Below are positions 30,230 through 39,517 of a DNA stretch of 64,000 bases, in pieces (position 1 is the stretch's first letter; every line of letters begins with the position of its first letter). A model generated the notes under the pieces. The model saw only the letters and a program-made list of their open reading frames with translations. It was not told the DNA's origin and did not search any database. The DNA lies in assembly GCA_963745835.1 (NCBI GenBank), contig CAVUZH010000013.1, positions 1 through 64,000 of the forward strand, read 5' to 3'. The DNA is from an uncultured delta proteobacterium. Lineage in GTDB: Bacteria > Desulfobacterota > Binatia > UBA9968. Both the position numbers and the translations under genes were made by a program.

Positions 30230-30416
30230 AGGTTCCAATGGTTCAAATCGTTCACCGCTTCGCTCTTCACTGGATCGAGCCGTTTCCAATCGTTCCAGAC
30301 GTTCCACCGCTTCGCTCCGTTCCAATCGTTTTCAGTCGTTCAACGTTCAACAGTTCAATCGTTCAACGAAAGAGAGGAACTTCCATGTTTCGAGAATTCC
30401 CGAAAGGTCGAAATGA
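30230..30416 (+). repeat. GTTCMA tract followed by site A
   Basis: Many GTTC(C/A)A units, then GGAACTTCCATGTTTCGAGAATTCCCGAAAGGTCGAAATGA at 30376. Confidence 0.85.
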
Positions 30417-30572
30417 TAGTCATTCAATTCAGCTGTAGCGTGAACCACCGCCAGCGGATCGAGCCGTTCCAGTCGTCCCAGTAGTTCCACCGCTAGCGCT
30501 GTTCCAGTTGCTTCAAACGTTCAAGAATGGATTCGGGCGTAGCCTCCACATGCTGGGCAATTCTCGAAACAT

Positions 30573-30863
30573 TTAACGATAGCTGCTTCGGCGAAGGAGG
30601 GCTCTGATCTCGTTGTGGTTGCCGAGAAAGGAAACAAAAAGCTCCGCGCCTCGGTCTTGAAAGATAAATCGCAGATCGCGGTTGCCGCGGCATTCGAAGA
30701 GCTTGCCGCCTAATTTGCGGATCCCCAAGCCGCTGTGCACATGGGGCTGGCCAAAGCCGTCCACTAAATCACATAGAGCAAGCAGGCACTCTACCCTTTC
30801 GTTCTTTGGCAATTCGCGCAGGCGGCGGATAACGGTGGGGTCGATGGCAAGAAGCTTACTCAA
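30573..30863 (-). CDS. RelE-like toxin
   Basis: FGQPHVHSGLGIRKL...FECRGNRDLRFIF...FLGNHNEI. Confidence 0.7.
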   Translation of the reverse strand: MSKLLAIDPTVIRRLRELPKNERVECLLALCDLVDGFGQPHVHSGLGIRKLGGKLFECRGNRDLRFIFQDRGAELFVSFLGNHNEIRALLRRSSYR

Positions 30864-31134
30864 GCATCTTCCTAAGCTCTCCAGTGGTTACCGAAATAAG
30901 CTTTCTACCCCGTTTCAAGCGTCGATACCGCTGGTCGGTGGCTTTCTCCAGGGCGGCGACCTGCTCGGGCAGAGCGCCATACTCCCGCTGAGCGTAATCG
31001 GTGGACTCGACCTCGACCTTCCTGAGTGCGACGATATCAGAACCGCAAACGATGCCGATATCTTCGCCCCGCGCCGCAGCGGCGAGCCATCGTCCGAGAT
31101 TCTTCTTAGCATCGGTAATCGTTAAAGTCTTCAT
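30856..31134 (-). CDS. Phd/YefM-like antitoxin
   Basis: MKTLTITDAKKNLGRWLAAAARGEDIGI. Confidence 0.8.
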   Translation of the reverse strand: MKTLTITDAKKNLGRWLAAAARGEDIGIVCGSDIVALRKVEVESTDYAQREYGALPEQVAALEKATDQRYRRLKRGRKLISVTTGELRKMLE

Positions 31135-31140
31135 AAAGAC

Positions 31141-31169
31141 TTTATATAGGCGATAAAAGAACTTGTCAA
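31141..31169 (-). promoter_or_regulatory. Sigma70-like promoter, leaderless
   Basis: TTGACA-17 bp-TATAAA, 6 nt before the ATG at 31134. Confidence 0.65.
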
Positions 31170-31314
31170 TACTGCCGAATCATGGTTCCAGATGCAAGGC
31201 CACTTCAACAGTTCAACGAGAGACCGTTAGGAGCGGACAGCGCGGCGCTTGAGTTCCGAGGCTGTCGAGGAATCACCGCTCAGCAGAATGATCTACAACC
31301 TAATAACCGGAGTG

Positions 31315-31344
31315 GCAACTTCCACGTTTCGGAATTCCCGAAAC
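31315..31344 (+). repeat. Site A (partial)
   Basis: GCAACTTCCACGTTTCGGAATTCCCGAAAC; the ~70-nt upstream leader is shared with 37615-37680. Confidence 0.75.
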
Positions 31345-31502
31345 CCTCTGACCGCGTATGAATCTGCCGTTTTCCAGTCAACTGTGCGCGCGAGTTTCCA
31401 ACAAAAAGACATACGAGCAGCTTGTTCCAGACCGCCAGCCTGACGAAGTCACATCTTAACTGTCAATGAGAGGAACTGGTGCGAGGCGGTGAAGAAAATG
31501 TC

Positions 31503-32531
31503 TCAGTTGACGTTGAAAATTTCTCCATACAGCTTAACCAAGCCACGAATATCGGTATATCCTTCCGGCCGAAGCGCCTCGCGCTTGTAACCTCTCAAGA
31601 GCCGCGCCGGATCCGGTTCAACATCTTTGCGCAGCGGAATCCGTTTCATTTTCTGCATCGTGATCTGAGCCTCCCGCGAAAGCAGGAAGTCGATAAATCG
31701 CTTGGCGCTATTCGGGTGGGGAGCATGGGCGGCCATCATGATCACGCTCAGTTGCACCGGCACAGGCTCCAGTGTCACCCAGTCGATGGGCGCGCCGGCA
31801 TGCTTGGCACTCTCGATGGAATGCGCATACGCTATCAGGATCGGATACTCTCCGGCGGCGACGAGCTGAACCCGGTGCGTGTTGCCGCGCATGGGAACCG
31901 GTGCTTGCGTGGCAAGCTTCTTCAAATACTCGATCGCCCGCTGCCGGCCCCAAGCATTTTCAAGACCCTTCAAAAGTCCAAAGCCCTCGTTGTCTATGGA
32001 AATTCTCCTCCCCTTCCATTTAGGATCGAGCAAAGCTTCGTAGCTCGTCGGAACTTCCTCGCTCTTGACGAGCTTCGTGTTGTAACCCAAGACAATGGGT
32101 TGGGCGTGAAGACCGCTCCAGATGCCGTCCTTGTCTTTGAAATCATCATCCAACATTGCCTGTTGTGGAGAGACATAGGAGGCGATCAGCTTCTGTTTCA
32201 CAAGCTCCAGAACAAACTCGCCGTTGAAGTTCGCTAGATCCCATGAATGTCTTCCGACCCGCGCTTCCGTGACGATCTTATTTTGCAGAGAGGTTGCCCC
32301 CGTGCGAAAAAGATCCACCTCGATCGAAGGAAACTGCTTTTGGAATTGATCAGCCAAAACTTTGCTCTGATCGACCGGAACCGTAGTCCACCACACGACT
32401 TTATTTTCCATCTTGGCGGGTTCGGCGCGCCCGGCTTCAGCGGCCGCAGAGAGCTGTGCGTTCATCAGAACGAAAACAACAATCCCAAGAACAAAACCCA
32501 TCTTTTGCTGCCTCATGGTTACGATTGACAT
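31503..32531 (-). CDS. ABC extracellular solute-binding protein
   Basis: Signal peptide; YNTKLVKSEEVPTSYEALLDPKWKG; APHPNSAKRFIDFLLS. Confidence 0.9.
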   Translation of the reverse strand: MSIVTMRQQKMGFVLGIVVFVLMNAQLSAAAEAGRAEPAKMENKVVWWTTVPVDQSKVLADQFQKQFPSIEVDLFRTGATSLQNKIVTEARVGRHSWDLANFNGEFVLELVKQKLIASYVSPQQAMLDDDFKDKDGIWSGLHAQPIVLGYNTKLVKSEEVPTSYEALLDPKWKGRRISIDNEGFGLLKGLENAWGRQRAIEYLKKLATQAPVPMRGNTHRVQLVAAGEYPILIAYAHSIESAKHAGAPIDWVTLEPVPVQLSVIMMAAHAPHPNSAKRFIDFLLSREAQITMQKMKRIPLRKDVEPDPARLLRGYKREALRPEGYTDIRGLVKLYGEIFNVN

Positions 32532-32581
32532 ATGTTTTCCTTACCTCCAAATTTTTTGCCTCTCCGCGTGGATGACCTAAC

Positions 32582-33130
32582 CTATTTACCTTCGAGATCG
32601 ACAAACAGCTCGCCGAGGCGAGATTTTTTTTGAAAGCAGCCCTTTTGCCTGAGAGAAATCGAGGAATTTTTTAGTGCGGTTGAGTTTTCAGCGATGCCGT
32701 GGATCCACGGATCTTTTCCCCATGATCTCCTCAACCTCTTCGAGATAGTCTTCCAACCAAGGGACACTGGATGATATCTCAGGACGTCGACTTTTTCATA
32801 AAAGTCGTTTTGAGCTCCTGGAGAATCAGGTGATCCGCTGGGATGCTATTTTCCTTTCGAGAAGAGTTTCCCTTAATACCAGAGTATGCATGATCGGGAA
32901 AAATGCCGTGCCGACGATAATAGTCCCTTTTCACCTGCGGACAGTTTCTGCACAGTTGTCGCACCGGGTTTCCGGTCCACGAGTCACCGCAGGTTTATGA
33001 GCGCACATAACCGTATCCAAGCACCCACAGAGCAGCATACCGAACAGGGTTTCGTCTGCCGGAATGGGAGTAATTCGAGCTGCTCTTTTCTTTGGGAGAG
33101 GGACTCGCTCCTTGCGTCCGGGTTCTTCGG
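32582..33130 (-). pseudogene. Fragmented 4,5-dihydroxyphthalate decarboxylase-like / SBP-fold gene
   Basis: ITPIPADETLFGMLL.G.LD, DYYRRHGIFP, WGKDPWIHGIAEN and ELFVD occur in different frames; the 5' part is missing. Confidence 0.6.
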
Positions 33131-33265
33131 CGCCGTTCGCTCCCACCTTCTCACTGGGCGCATTATTGACGGGCGAGCGGCGCTGTACTAGCTTCGGAGC
33201 ATAGCGCATTCTCGCCGGCCACCTGCTTGCCGGTCGCATACTGATTGTGCCAAAGAGGAGCACTC

Positions 33266-34384
33266 ATGGCCATTATCGATTTAGATTCGCATCTTCGCGA
33301 CGGCTGGCTGCTCGACGAGATTTATCGATTGCCGGAACCGTTTGCGCACCACTCGCCGAGACGCATCGGCGAGGGCAAATATTTTTATTCCAAGTTCGAG
33401 CACGACCTCTCTCCCATGGACGATCCCGTGGCCAACGCGAATTTCAAAAAACCGGTGACCCACCAAGTTTTTTATAATCCGGAAGCAAACCAGCGCGGCA
33501 ATGAGGTCATGCGCTGGCAGCAGGGCGGCTACGACATGGAATACCGCCTGAAGGACAATGCCCGCGAGAACATCGACTTTCAATTGATCTTCCCTACCGG
33601 TATCGACATTCCGTCGCAGAATGCCGGCGCGCTCGGCGCCGCCGTAGCGCGAGCCTACAACGATTGGGCACATAAGCTCGTGGCCGGCTATCGCGATCGG
33701 CTCTCGCCCGTCGCCATGATGCCCGCCGGGTGTCCGGAAGAAATGGCCAACGAGTTACGCCGTTGCGTCAAGGTTTTGGGCTGCAAAGCCGCCCACCTTG
33801 TCAGTTACACCAAAGACCGGCAGATGGATGATCCGGTTTTCTTCCCGTTCTATGAAGCGGCGCAAGAACTCGATATCCCGCTTTTCTGCCATCCGAGTAC
33901 GCTCGGCGATATCGGCACACTGATCAATCGTCAAAGTCATTTCTTTCCGATGCATATTCTTGGCCGGCCGCTCAACTGCGTCGCGCCGCTGGTTGCGATG
34001 GTGCTCGGCGGGATTTTCGAAAAGTATCCGAAATTGAAAGTCACTTTCTTCGAAGTGACGGCCGAATTCCTGGTGTTCTGGATGCACCGCATGGATGACG
34101 ATTACGAAGTCATTAAGGATGCCGGCATGTGCCCGCAGCTGAGCATGTTGCCGTCGGAATACGTCAGGCGAAACTGTTACGTCACCTGTGAAGCCGATGA
34201 GAAATGCCTGCCCTTGGCGTTGGCGGAGGTCGGCGAGACCCACGTTTTGATGGCGACGGACTATCCTCACTTCGACTCGACGTTCCCCAAAACGGTAAGC
34301 GGTATTCGCGAGCGACCCGATATTTCACCGAAACAAAGGAAACTGATCCTCGAAGATAATGCGCTCAATCTGATCCATATGTAG
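33266..34384 (+). CDS. Amidohydrolase family protein (amidohydro_2)
   Basis: IIDLDSH; ARAYNDW; PLFCHP; GGIFEKYPKLK; MATDYPHFD. Confidence 0.92.
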   Translation: MAIIDLDSHLRDGWLLDEIYRLPEPFAHHSPRRIGEGKYFYSKFEHDLSPMDDPVANANFKKPVTHQVFYNPEANQRGNEVMRWQQGGYDMEYRLKDNARENIDFQLIFPTGIDIPSQNAGALGAAVARAYNDWAHKLVAGYRDRLSPVAMMPAGCPEEMANELRRCVKVLGCKAAHLVSYTKDRQMDDPVFFPFYEAAQELDIPLFCHPSTLGDIGTLINRQSHFFPMHILGRPLNCVAPLVAMVLGGIFEKYPKLKVTFFEVTAEFLVFWMHRMDDDYEVIKDAGMCPQLSMLPSEYVRRNCYVTCEADEKCLPLALAEVGETHVLMATDYPHFDSTFPKTVSGIRERPDISPKQRKLILEDNALNLIHM

Positions 34385-34478
34385 GTCGATGAAACAATCC
34401 AAACCCCAGAGCATGAACGCTTACGAACATGGCTCGGGCTTCGGATTCGTGGTGAACTTCTCATGGGGAGACCTTGTG

Positions 34479-35483
34479 ATGATTCGTCCATCGATTTTTG
34501 CCTTGTTCATTAGCCTGTCGATTTCGTTTAGCGCCGCAGCACAAGACGCCATGCTCATCGAGCAGGCCAAGAAGGAAGGCGGCAAGCTGATCGTCTACGG
34601 CTCGTTGGAGTCATTTACCGTCGAGCCCATTGCCGAAGCTTTTCAAAAGAAGACCGGCATCGCGGTGGAATACTGGCGCGCTTCCGCGACCAAGGTGATG
34701 GATCGGGCGCTGAGTGAAACGCGCGCCGGCAAGGCGCTCTTTGACGTGATGTTGAACAACAGCGGCGCGATGCACGTGCTCAAAAAAGAAGGTTTGTTTA
34801 TCCCCTACAGTTCTGCGGCAACCGCGGCCTTCCCCAAAGAAATCACCGATCCGCAACTGGGCCCCATCTACCGCAACACTCCGATCGGCATCGTCTACAA
34901 TAGCGGCGCGATTAAACCCGCCGATGCGCCCAAGTCCCTCGAAGATCTGCTCAATCCTAAATACAAGGGCAAATTCGTCATGCCCGACCCGACGCAACAC
35001 ACAACGACCCTGCAGTGGATCGCCAGCCTGTATAAGATAATGGGTAAAGAGAAGGCGGAAAAGTTTACGCGCGATCTCGGCGCCACCAAGCCGCTTCTGG
35101 TGGAGTCTCTGGCGCCCGCGGCTGAACGGGTATCCACGGCCGAGACTCCCCTGGGCATCAGCTTGGTAAGATATGTGGTGACGTTTTCGGAGAAGGGCGC
35201 GCCGGTCGACTACGTCAGGCTCGGCAAGATGCTCAGCCTGGGGCAATACATCGCGCTCAGCAGCAAGGCGTTACGACCTAACAAAGGCAAGGCATTCATC
35301 GATTTTTTTCTCGGCGACGAGAGTATGCGCATGCTCGCCAAACAAGGCGAATTTGTAAATCGCAAAGGCATCTATCCGTCCCTGGCCGACGCGGACAAGA
35401 TTCAAGCCGTGGAAATGGATGACTTCGATGCTCAAGGCTTTAAGGAAAAAACCCAGGAGTACCAGAAGATTTTTCTGAAATAG
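34479..35483 (+). CDS. ABC extracellular solute-binding protein
   Basis: AKKEGGKLIVYGS; APKSLEDLLNPKYKG; paralog of 17075-18109. Confidence 0.9.
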   Translation: MIRPSIFALFISLSISFSAAAQDAMLIEQAKKEGGKLIVYGSLESFTVEPIAEAFQKKTGIAVEYWRASATKVMDRALSETRAGKALFDVMLNNSGAMHVLKKEGLFIPYSSAATAAFPKEITDPQLGPIYRNTPIGIVYNSGAIKPADAPKSLEDLLNPKYKGKFVMPDPTQHTTTLQWIASLYKIMGKEKAEKFTRDLGATKPLLVESLAPAAERVSTAETPLGISLVRYVVTFSEKGAPVDYVRLGKMLSLGQYIALSSKALRPNKGKAFIDFFLGDESMRMLAKQGEFVNRKGIYPSLADADKIQAVEMDDFDAQGFKEKTQEYQKIFLK

Positions 35484-35510
35484 TAAGCGGGCTGAATCCT
35501 TTTACGGAGG

Positions 35511-35885
35511 ATGATCATGAACGCACCCCTCAAAGTAAGCGGTATCGATCATGTGGTCTTTCACGTCAAAGATCTCGCACGCGCCAGAAAATTTTACGTC
35601 GATTTCCTCGGCCTGGAAGTCGAGCACGAGCGAGATTGGCAGTGCTTCCTCAAATGCGGCAAACAGGGCATCGCACTCTTTGAAGTCGATGACGGCGAAG
35701 AAGTGCACGCCGGCAGCGAGGTCAATCATATGGCGCTCCGGCTCGACTCGGGCGAATATGAACGGGTCAAAGCGATACTGGAGGAAGCCGGCATCGAAGT
35801 CCATGGACGCAAGGGCGATCCGCATTGCATCTACTTCCACGATCCCGATGGCCATCAGCTGCAGTTCTTAATGCCCAACGAGTAA
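35511..35885 (+). CDS. VOC/glyoxalase family protein
   Basis: GIDHVVFHVKDL...FYVDFLGL; NHMAL; IYFHDPDGHQLQ. Confidence 0.92.
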   Translation: MIMNAPLKVSGIDHVVFHVKDLARARKFYVDFLGLEVEHERDWQCFLKCGKQGIALFEVDDGEEVHAGSEVNHMALRLDSGEYERVKAILEEAGIEVHGRKGDPHCIYFHDPDGHQLQFLMPNE

Positions 35886-35899
35886 CCGGCCGCTCTAGC

Positions 35900-36126
35900 G
35901 GATCGAGCCGTTCCAAACGTTCCAATTGTTCGATCGTTTCGACGTTCATCATGGGGCGAGCTGCTCTTCATAGGATTGCAGTCCAAATGTTCCAATGGTT
36001 CCAATCGTTCCACCGCTTCGCTCCGTTCGACAGTTCCTCGAGTAAGCACTGAATTGAACTACGTTCACCGGTTCGATGTTCACCGTCGAAGGGGAACTTC
36101 CACGTTCGAGAATTCCGGAAGATGAG
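35900..36126 (+). repeat. GTTCMA tract followed by site A
   Basis: GGATCGAGCCGTTCCAAACGTTCCAATTGTTCG...GGAACTTCCACGTTCGAGAATTCCGGAAG at 36093. Confidence 0.75.
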
Positions 36127-36354
36127 ATCTTGGACCTACGGAGTCAGGTGAGGTACAAAGTCAGCTGCTGGCCACCGTTTTACTGGGTTGTAAGAACTGT
36201 CGATGCTTTGCGATCGCCTGGCCTCGGATAAAGTCACAGCGTGAACCGTCGCCGACTTATACGTGGCGATAAAGCCCGCGAGGTAGGAAGAGCGGAGCAC
36301 GGGAATCGAGAGCCTATCCGAAACGGTGAGCCCATTGTCCGGATGACTGGGCGA

Positions 36355-37302
36355 CTATTTCTTTTCCGGCGAGTAGTAGGTTTCCAGTAGGCGTCGGCTG
36401 ATCGCCGACTCGCCACCCGGCAGAGCATCGAACTTTGTCGTACCGTCGGCTTTTTGCAGGATCGATTTTCCTTCGGGATCTTGATGCATCGACAGCAGAA
36501 CCTTTTCCAAACCTTTGACCATCGACGATGCCAGATTTTTCCGAACAGAAACAAGATGGCGCGGCAAGCTAGCCGTTTCCCCCAGGATCGTTATCGGTGA
36601 TTTTTTACTTTCTTCCAGTGCGGAATAATCATCGTTGCTGAACGCTCCGGCAGCGACCTTTTTCGTGAGAACCAGGTCAAGCAGTTTTCGCTGAGAAGTA
36701 GCGAAAACGTAACCGATTTCCCCCGGATGAACCTTGGCATCGATTTGACTGATCCGCGATAGCGTAAATCCCTTCCTCGTAAGAAATAACTTGGGTAGGA
36801 AATAGCCCGACGTCGATTGGGGATCTTCAAAAGCGATGATCTTTCCCTTGAGATCTTCGAGACGCTTCGTCTCACCGTCGGTTCTGGTGAAAATCAAGGC
36901 GTGATAGTCGGCCATGCCGCCTTTCCAACGCCTCAGAAGTAACTTCCCGGCCCCATAGACGTCATTGATCAAATAGGTCCGATAGGGACTCTCCATGTAA
37001 AAATCCGCCCTTCTCTCCGTAAGCAGGCTTGCGAGCCGGGCATGCGTTGGAGCGATCACGACCTTACCTGGGATCTCCGATGAGCCGGATATTTTGCTTC
37101 CGACATAGCGCACAAAATCTTGAAAATGCGCTTCGACCTGCTTCTGATTTGTTTCCGCTATCATTCCTAGAGTAATCGTCTTTGCTTCCAATCCAGGCTG
37201 CGTCTGCGCTGCCGCGCCGGAGCCCAGGATGAGCTCAAAAAAGAGAATGGTAGATACTATGCTCAGGCTAGTTGGGTATTTTGTTAAGATCATTATCGTC
37301 AC
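36355..37302 (-). CDS. PhnD-like phosphate/phosphonate ABC solute-binding protein
   Basis: YHALIFTR...LEDLKGKIIAFEDPQSTSGYFLP. Confidence 0.88.
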   Translation of the reverse strand: MTIMILTKYPTSLSIVSTILFFELILGSGAAAQTQPGLEAKTITLGMIAETNQKQVEAHFQDFVRYVGSKISGSSEIPGKVVIAPTHARLASLLTERRADFYMESPYRTYLINDVYGAGKLLLRRWKGGMADYHALIFTRTDGETKRLEDLKGKIIAFEDPQSTSGYFLPKLFLTRKGFTLSRISQIDAKVHPGEIGYVFATSQRKLLDLVLTKKVAAGAFSNDDYSALEESKKSPITILGETASLPRHLVSVRKNLASSMVKGLEKVLLSMHQDPEGKSILQKADGTTKFDALPGGESAISRRLLETYYSPEKK

Positions 37303-37404
37303 GACAAACGCTCTCGGCGTAGGTATGATACAAACTCAATGATCTTGCAAGAAAAAACACGGCGCATGCGCCTTTCTGGTTCGTGATCAAGGATGAGATA
37401 GAAG

Positions 37405-37720
37405 CCGTTCCAAAGGTTTCAAGGTTCCAGGTGTTCCACATGTGATAGATGTTGCAATCGTTCAACCGCTGCGCTCTTCCCCGGATCGAGCCGTTCCAAT
37501 CGTTCCAGTAGTTGCATATTCCGTTCAAAACGTTGCACATCACGGCCGTTCAATGTTCAACCATTCAATGGTCGACCGTCCCAGAAGCCTCACGGCAGGC
37601 TTCACTGCCGGCCTTCGTTCCGAGCCCCGTCGAGGAATCACCACTAGCGGGATGATCTACAAACCGAATAGCCGAGGCAGGAACTTCCACGTTTCGAGAA
37701 TTCCCGAAACGTGGAAAGGG
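37405..37720 (+). repeat. GTTCMA tract, leader and site A with perfect arms
   Basis: TTCCACGTTTCG-AGAATTCC-CGAAACGTGGAA at 37685-37716. Confidence 0.85.
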
Positions 37721-37875
37721 TAAATTTATTCAAGGCGGCTGGAAGCGTGAACCATCTTGTGCAGCGCGCCTTTAAGATCCCTGAATCTCGCCTTTATGCG
37801 TGAGCCAGTGGCGAACTCATTTCCAGCTGACGGTTCACTCGATGCTTAGATTAATCGAGCCGAGGCTAAATAACG

Positions 37876-38706
37876 TCACTCCTCGACGGCGATGAAACGG
37901 CACGGCGATGCGCCTCCTTGCTTGATCAACAGAGGAAGAATGATCATCTTCACCCGCGGTTTTGAGATCTTGTCGCAGTCGACCAGGCATTTGCAGCCGG
38001 CGATCGATTTTCTAATCAACGCGCCATAACTGCTCGGATGCGGGCTGCCATGCCGGTGAGCGCCCAGATCCAGTACCCGTTCCCGAGCTTCTGCCGAAGG
38101 CCATGGCTTCGGGTGCGGAACCATAGGAGTTTCGCCGCGAAACCAATTATTGCCTTGCACCCTCGGCGGATTTACCAGACCGCAATCCGTCATAAAAAAT
38201 CCGCTGTCCATCTCGTCCATTTTCTTCGCCAATAAGGATGCCGCGTCGAAATGGATGCTTGGAGTTCTTTTGTAGTAGTCGATGCCAAGCTCGTAGGCCC
38301 GCTCGCGCGTTCCCCAACCTGTGCGAATCAGCACCTCGTCGCCTTTGCGGAAATCAGCGCCTTTGATCGCTTTGTCCATCTCCTCGACCGTAATCTCGTG
38401 CTGTTCAGGAGCCCTAATGTCGAGGATCACCGTGTCTCTAAGGATCAGTCGATCGAGCGGAATCTGGTCCAGCGTCCATGAAAACTTCGGGTCCGGCTGC
38501 AAAGGCGTCGGATCAAACGGCATACGCTGATGCGGGACCATGAAGGGACTGCCGGTTTCGCCATCGAGTTTCATTCGCGTCATCCTGAGGCCGTGCTTGT
38601 CGTAATACATGTACTCCCACAACCGCACGGAGGAATTGGTAAACGGCAAAATTTCTCCGTATCCCGCGCCTTCCCAAATCGGCATCGTTAAATCGATCAT
38701 TTTCAT
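37876..38706 (-). CDS. Cyclase (kynurenine formamidase-like) family protein
   Basis: MIDLTMPI; IPLDRL; KGDEVLIRTGW; LPLLIKQGGASPCRFIA. Confidence 0.8.
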   Translation of the reverse strand: MKMIDLTMPIWEGAGYGEILPFTNSSVRLWEYMYYDKHGLRMTRMKLDGETGSPFMVPHQRMPFDPTPLQPDPKFSWTLDQIPLDRLILRDTVILDIRAPEQHEITVEEMDKAIKGADFRKGDEVLIRTGWGTRERAYELGIDYYKRTPSIHFDAASLLAKKMDEMDSGFFMTDCGLVNPPRVQGNNWFRGETPMVPHPKPWPSAEARERVLDLGAHRHGSPHPSSYGALIRKSIAGCKCLVDCDKISKPRVKMIILPLLIKQGGASPCRFIAVEE

Positions 38707-38708
38707 GG

Positions 38709-39476
38709 TCACTCCTCCACGGCTACGACTCTGCAAGTCGAGCCTACGCCCCGGACAACGTTCAATGGCGACACAATCATCTTGATCCGCCGGCTTTTGA
38801 TTTGGCCGCACCCGATGAGCTTGCGCACGGTCATGATGCCCATTCGGGCAAATTCCATGTCCACGGCGAAATCCTTTTTGGCTTTGTCGCTGTCATAAAG
38901 ATGCAAATACATGCGCGCCTCCGGCGATTCTGCGCCCGGCGACGGCAGCATCGAGAACCATTCCGGAATGATATGGCTTTGCGGCAGTCCAAGCACTGCC
39001 GTATCGACCAAAAGCAAGTCATTGTCGTTGTCATGCATTGCTTGTGCTAGGTATTGCGCGGCCTCCAGAGAGAAATGCGGGCTACCAAGGACGTACTCGT
39101 TTCCCTCCGCCTGATCGTGCGGTTTGTCACCCCAACCGGTGACAATCAGAAGCGCGGCCCCCTTCGCCGGACGAGCGGCATCAAACGCCTGCTGCACATC
39201 CGACTTGTTTATCTCCTCTCCGGTCCCCTTTTTGATATTGGCAATGGCAGCGGGTCGCAAAAACAACTTCTCGATCGCCACCTGATCGAGCCGAGTAGTG
39301 TTGCGAAAATCGGCGAACAGCGCAGGCAACGCCAGGCTTGTCCCCGAATCGCTCCCCACGACCATGCCTTTTTCCTGATGGTTCTTAGGTCCTAGAAAAA
39401 ACTTGATCGCCGTCGGCAGACCCTCATCCGGCATCCAGCGATGGTTTAACGGCATTGTCAGATCGACAAAATTCAT
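38709..39476 (-). CDS. Cyclase family protein, second paralog
   Basis: FVDLTMPL; LLIVTGW; SPLNVVRGVGSTCRVVA. Confidence 0.75.
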   Translation of the reverse strand: MNFVDLTMPLNHRWMPDEGLPTAIKFFLGPKNHQEKGMVVGSDSGTSLALPALFADFRNTTRLDQVAIEKLFLRPAAIANIKKGTGEEINKSDVQQAFDAARPAKGAALLIVTGWGDKPHDQAEGNEYVLGSPHFSLEAAQYLAQAMHDNDNDLLLVDTAVLGLPQSHIIPEWFSMLPSPGAESPEARMYLHLYDSDKAKKDFAVDMEFARMGIMTVRKLIGCGQIKSRRIKMIVSPLNVVRGVGSTCRVVAVEE

Positions 39477-39517
39477 ATTTCCTCCACCTTTCTCGCGGCG
39501 CTGCTCCGGCAAAACCG

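Noticed and set aside
12840-30484. Recurrent peptides ELPRFENSRNVE and FQSFHRFAPF in many short ORFs as a repeated protein family
   Set aside because: They are translations of site A and the GTTCMA tracts. Starts, frames and lengths are inconsistent, and indels between copies break the frame.
11345-31345. Classical integron/CALIN with attC sites
   Set aside because: I could not find RYYYAAC...GTTRRRY boxes bounding the repeats on either strand, and there is no intI. Rejected by eye only; IntegronFinder would be decisive.
11779-37720. 32-bp palindromic site A as a CRISPR repeat
   Set aside because: Copies are hundreds to thousands of bases apart and separated by genes, not by 25-45-nt spacers; no cas genes are present.
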